DNA of 38,247 nucleotides from a plasmid: sequence record NZ_CP077636.1; one strand, 5' to 3'. Shown piece by piece: positions 35,995 to 38,247 of this stretch (position 1 is its first letter; each line of letters starts with the position of its first letter). The notes under the pieces were generated by a model. It saw only the letters and a program-made list of their open reading frames with translations, ran no database searches and was not told where the DNA came from. The position numbers and the translations under genes were made by a program.

Positions 35995-36065
35995 ATACAA
36001 AAAAGGTATAAAAAAGGTATATATTAAGTATATAATAAGTATAAAAAAGGTATAATTTTACAAAA
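35995..36065 (+). promoter_or_regulatory. promoter/operator block copy G
   Basis: catacaaaaaaggtataaaaaaggtatatattaagtatataataagtataaaaaaggtataatttta. Confidence 0.55.
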
Positions 36066-36078
36066 AAGGAGAAATATA

Positions 36079-36864
36079 ATGAAAAAAATAAGTTTAGGAG
36101 CAATTGTAGCTTTTTCTTTAATGAATGTTTCAGTATCAGCTATAGATCTATCAGAATTTACAGGAGATACAAAATTATCTTGTGAAGCTGTTCTATGTTT
36201 AGCTTCGCCTTATAAACCAAGCGAATGTGCCCCTGCACTTGCTAGATATTTTGGATTTAGTGCAAGATATTGGAGTGATGTAGTAAGAATGCGAACTAAT
36301 TTTTTAAATCTTTGTCCTTTAGGTGCAAATAATACTATTAAAAGTGATGATAAAGATTTAGAAGCGTGGAGAAATAGTTTAGTTAATTTAACAGGAACTT
36401 GTTATATTCCAGATTTAAATAAAAAATATCAAAGAACTGTTTTATGGATTGAAACTATACAAAAATGTTCTCACGGAGAAGGTTGCACTACTGAAAGCAT
36501 AAAACATTATGGATATAGAATTGATCCAACTTTGGATAATAACTGTAAAATACTTTCATCAAACAAATATTCTGATTATAATCTAAAATATACTTGTCCT
36601 ACAAAATTTTATCCTGAAGAAGATTGGAATAATGGTTATGAAAAAAAAGAAGTAAATCAAAGCGAATTTAATTCTTTAAAAGAAGAAGATAGATTTACAG
36701 CAGATAAACTCACAGAAGTTAGTTATTCTGAATATAAAAATCTTCCAAACAATAAAAGAAAAATAAGCACGAGTGGTTTTAAAACAACTTATTATCGCAT
36801 AGATTTAGGTTATTACAAAAAAGAATGGATTAATAAGAATTGTTGGGTTAATCAAGGAAAATAA
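36079..36864 (+). CDS. secreted cysteine-rich protein (about 14 Cys)
   Basis: signal peptide MKKISLGAIVAFSLMNVSVSA; 261 aa; after VirB5-like gene, so possibly T4SS-associated. Confidence 0.5.
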   Translation: MKKISLGAIVAFSLMNVSVSAIDLSEFTGDTKLSCEAVLCLASPYKPSECAPALARYFGFSARYWSDVVRMRTNFLNLCPLGANNTIKSDDKDLEAWRNSLVNLTGTCYIPDLNKKYQRTVLWIETIQKCSHGEGCTTESIKHYGYRIDPTLDNNCKILSSNKYSDYNLKYTCPTKFYPEEDWNNGYEKKEVNQSEFNSLKEEDRFTADKLTEVSYSEYKNLPNNKRKISTSGFKTTYYRIDLGYYKKEWINKNCWVNQGK

Positions 36865-36894
36865 TAGAAAAAAAATCATTTTTAGGTTAAAATT

Positions 36895-37635
36895 ATGGAA
36901 GATAGTTTTAAAAAATTTTTAGAAGAAGAAATAAAAAGACAAAAACAGGAGAAAGAAAATGACAATGCAAATAATACAAGATCAAATTCCACAGGAATTG
37001 TCAGGGAGAATGACCAAACAGAGCCTAGAGAGATTAGCCAATCATCTTCACTTAGCGACCCAAAACGAAATGGGGGATATTCCACTATGGCTACTTTGGG
37101 ACTTAGCGATAACTTGCAAACAATTAGATTTAAAAGAGAATTATCAGAAAGTCTTAGTAGAAATACAGATGAACCTAGAAACACAGCACAAAGCAGACTT
37201 AGCGGAGCAGAGAGCAGAGAAAGCAGAGCAGAGAGCAGAGAAAGCGGAGCAATTATATCAGCAAATAAAGAATTTCAGAATATCAATGATGAAAAAATAC
37301 CAAGCAAGTTAAGTAAAGAAGAAAACAAGGAATTTAAAGACTATATTAAAGATTTAAGAAAGCAAACTTTGCTTTCTTATACAAAGGACGAGAATGTAGC
37401 CGAAAATATTTTAAATCTTCAAAACGATTTAAAATATTATACCAAAAAGAGTGAGATTTTAACTCCAAATGCTAAAAAGGATTTGGAAGAAAAAATTAAA
37501 ACATCTTTTTCAAAATTAAATAATTTTGAAAATGCAAATATAATCCCTAAAGGCACTTTGAAAGAAGTTTTAAATCAAAAAGAATTAGATTTATGCCAAA
37601 AAATATCTAATCAAAACAAAACTAAGGAAAGATAA
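36895..37635 (+). CDS. low-complexity S/E/R/K-rich protein with (AESRES) repeats
   Basis: 246-aa ORF; overlapped in another frame by the 117-aa ORF 36959..37312. Confidence 0.45.
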   Translation: MEDSFKKFLEEEIKRQKQEKENDNANNTRSNSTGIVRENDQTEPREISQSSSLSDPKRNGGYSTMATLGLSDNLQTIRFKRELSESLSRNTDEPRNTAQSRLSGAESRESRAESRESGAIISANKEFQNINDEKIPSKLSKEENKEFKDYIKDLRKQTLLSYTKDENVAENILNLQNDLKYYTKKSEILTPNAKKDLEEKIKTSFSKLNNFENANIIPKGTLKEVLNQKELDLCQKISNQNKTKER

Positions 37636-38247
37636 TGCCAAAGCCTAAAGTCTTTAATGAAGAGATACTTACTCTCCCTTTTGATATGATACTTATGCAA
37701 AATGGCTATTTTCACAAAAAGGATAAGTGCAGTCGTAATTTTATTACTATGAGTAATGATAGTGATTTAATTGTTATTACAAGACAGACTAACGGACAGT
37801 ATTTATATTTTAATCCTAACGAAGAAAACGATAGGGGTAATATTTATTCTTTTTGTAAGAATAGGGGTATTAAGATCAATGATTTGCTTAATGATAAAGT
37901 CGATAAAATAGAGTTAAAGCATAATATAGAGCCTTCTAATTCTATGAATAAGGCTACGGTTGAAGCTCTTAATAATTATAAATCTTTCACTACCATAAAG
38001 CAAAAAAATTTTTTTAATGATGATAGATTAATCTCTCAAGAGATTTTAGAGACTTTTAACACTTTAAAACAAGACAAACATTATAATGTTTGCGTGCCTA
38101 CTTATGTTTTAGATAATTTTGAAGGTAAAGAATTTATTAATTCTAGTGGCTATGTAGCTTATTTAAGAAGACCTATCACACAAGATAAACAAGGTAATAC
38201 TTATAATAAGCCTATTAAACAACTTTGTTATGGAAATAAAGGGCTTG
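37635..38247 (+). CDS. DNA primase-like protein, N-terminal part; 3'-truncated at window edge (continues in frame into bases 1-641 if the molecule is circular)
   Basis: ORF open to the last base; ATG overlaps upstream stop (taATG). Confidence 0.45.
   Translation, partial: MPKPKVFNEEILTLPFDMILMQNGYFHKKDKCSRNFITMSNDSDLIVITRQTNGQYLYFNPNEENDRGNIYSFCKNRGIKINDLLNDKVDKIELKHNIEPSNSMNKATVEALNNYKSFTTIKQKNFFNDDRLISQEILETFNTLKQDKHYNVCVPTYVLDNFEGKEFINSSGYVAYLRRPITQDKQGNTYNKPIKQLCYGNKGL

Noticed and set aside
1-38247. Searched by eye for tet(O)/AMR genes, integrase, transposase, resolvase, RM methyltransferase, reverse transcriptase, tRNA/rRNA
   Set aside because: No recognisable catalytic motifs or characteristic sizes found. 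Absence by eye is weak evidence for divergent small proteins.

Overview
The window reads as a very AT-rich (about 26-28% GC) conjugative plasmid of epsilonproteobacterial type, and probably a complete circular replicon opened inside a primase gene. Its genome-style resembles Campylobacter or Helicobacter plasmids of the pVir/ComB type, but that is stated from memory, not from a search.

What the sequence supports directly:
- **Type IV secretion and transfer genes.** virB2, virB3, virB4, a VirB7-like lipoprotein, virB8, virB9, virB10, virB11, a MobC-like accessory protein and the virD4 coupling protein lie in one plus-strand operon. virB6/TrbL and a VirB5/TrbJ-like gene sit elsewhere in the window.
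- **Relaxase and origin of transfer.** A MOBP-family relaxase is on the minus strand. Next to it is an 870-bp non-coding candidate origin of transfer that contains a TTATCCTGC nic-like motif, a 27-bp palindrome and direct repeats.
- **Replication and partition.** An iteron origin (seven direct and one inverted copy of cGCAAAATGTCGGTATAAt) lies upstream of a minus-strand repA, next to parA and a partner gene.
- **Other recognisable genes.** A type IA topoisomerase, an SSB, an ArdC N-terminal-domain protein and a YafQ/RelE-family toxin-antitoxin pair.
- **Unknown small ORFs.** Dozens are present, including two paralogous, mosaic cassettes downstream of ssb.

Patterns not explained by standard gene calls:
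1. A 70-160-bp promoter/operator/leader block occurs seven times, upstream of unrelated genes including parA.
2. The iteron module (inverted iteron, about 170-bp spacer, direct iteron) occurs three times. One copy is at the replication origin, and two more flank the relaxase and transfer-origin cassette as about 190-bp direct repeats.
3. A G11 homopolymer sits inside the 3' end of repA, encoding PPPP.
4. A 62-bp element with a GC-rich hairpin (GCGGGG-ACA-CCCCGC) is present in two copies.
5. Two long ORFs overlap in different frames across a repetitive segment near 37.2 kb.

No rRNA, tRNA, CRISPR array, insertion sequence, integrase or antibiotic-resistance gene was recognised.
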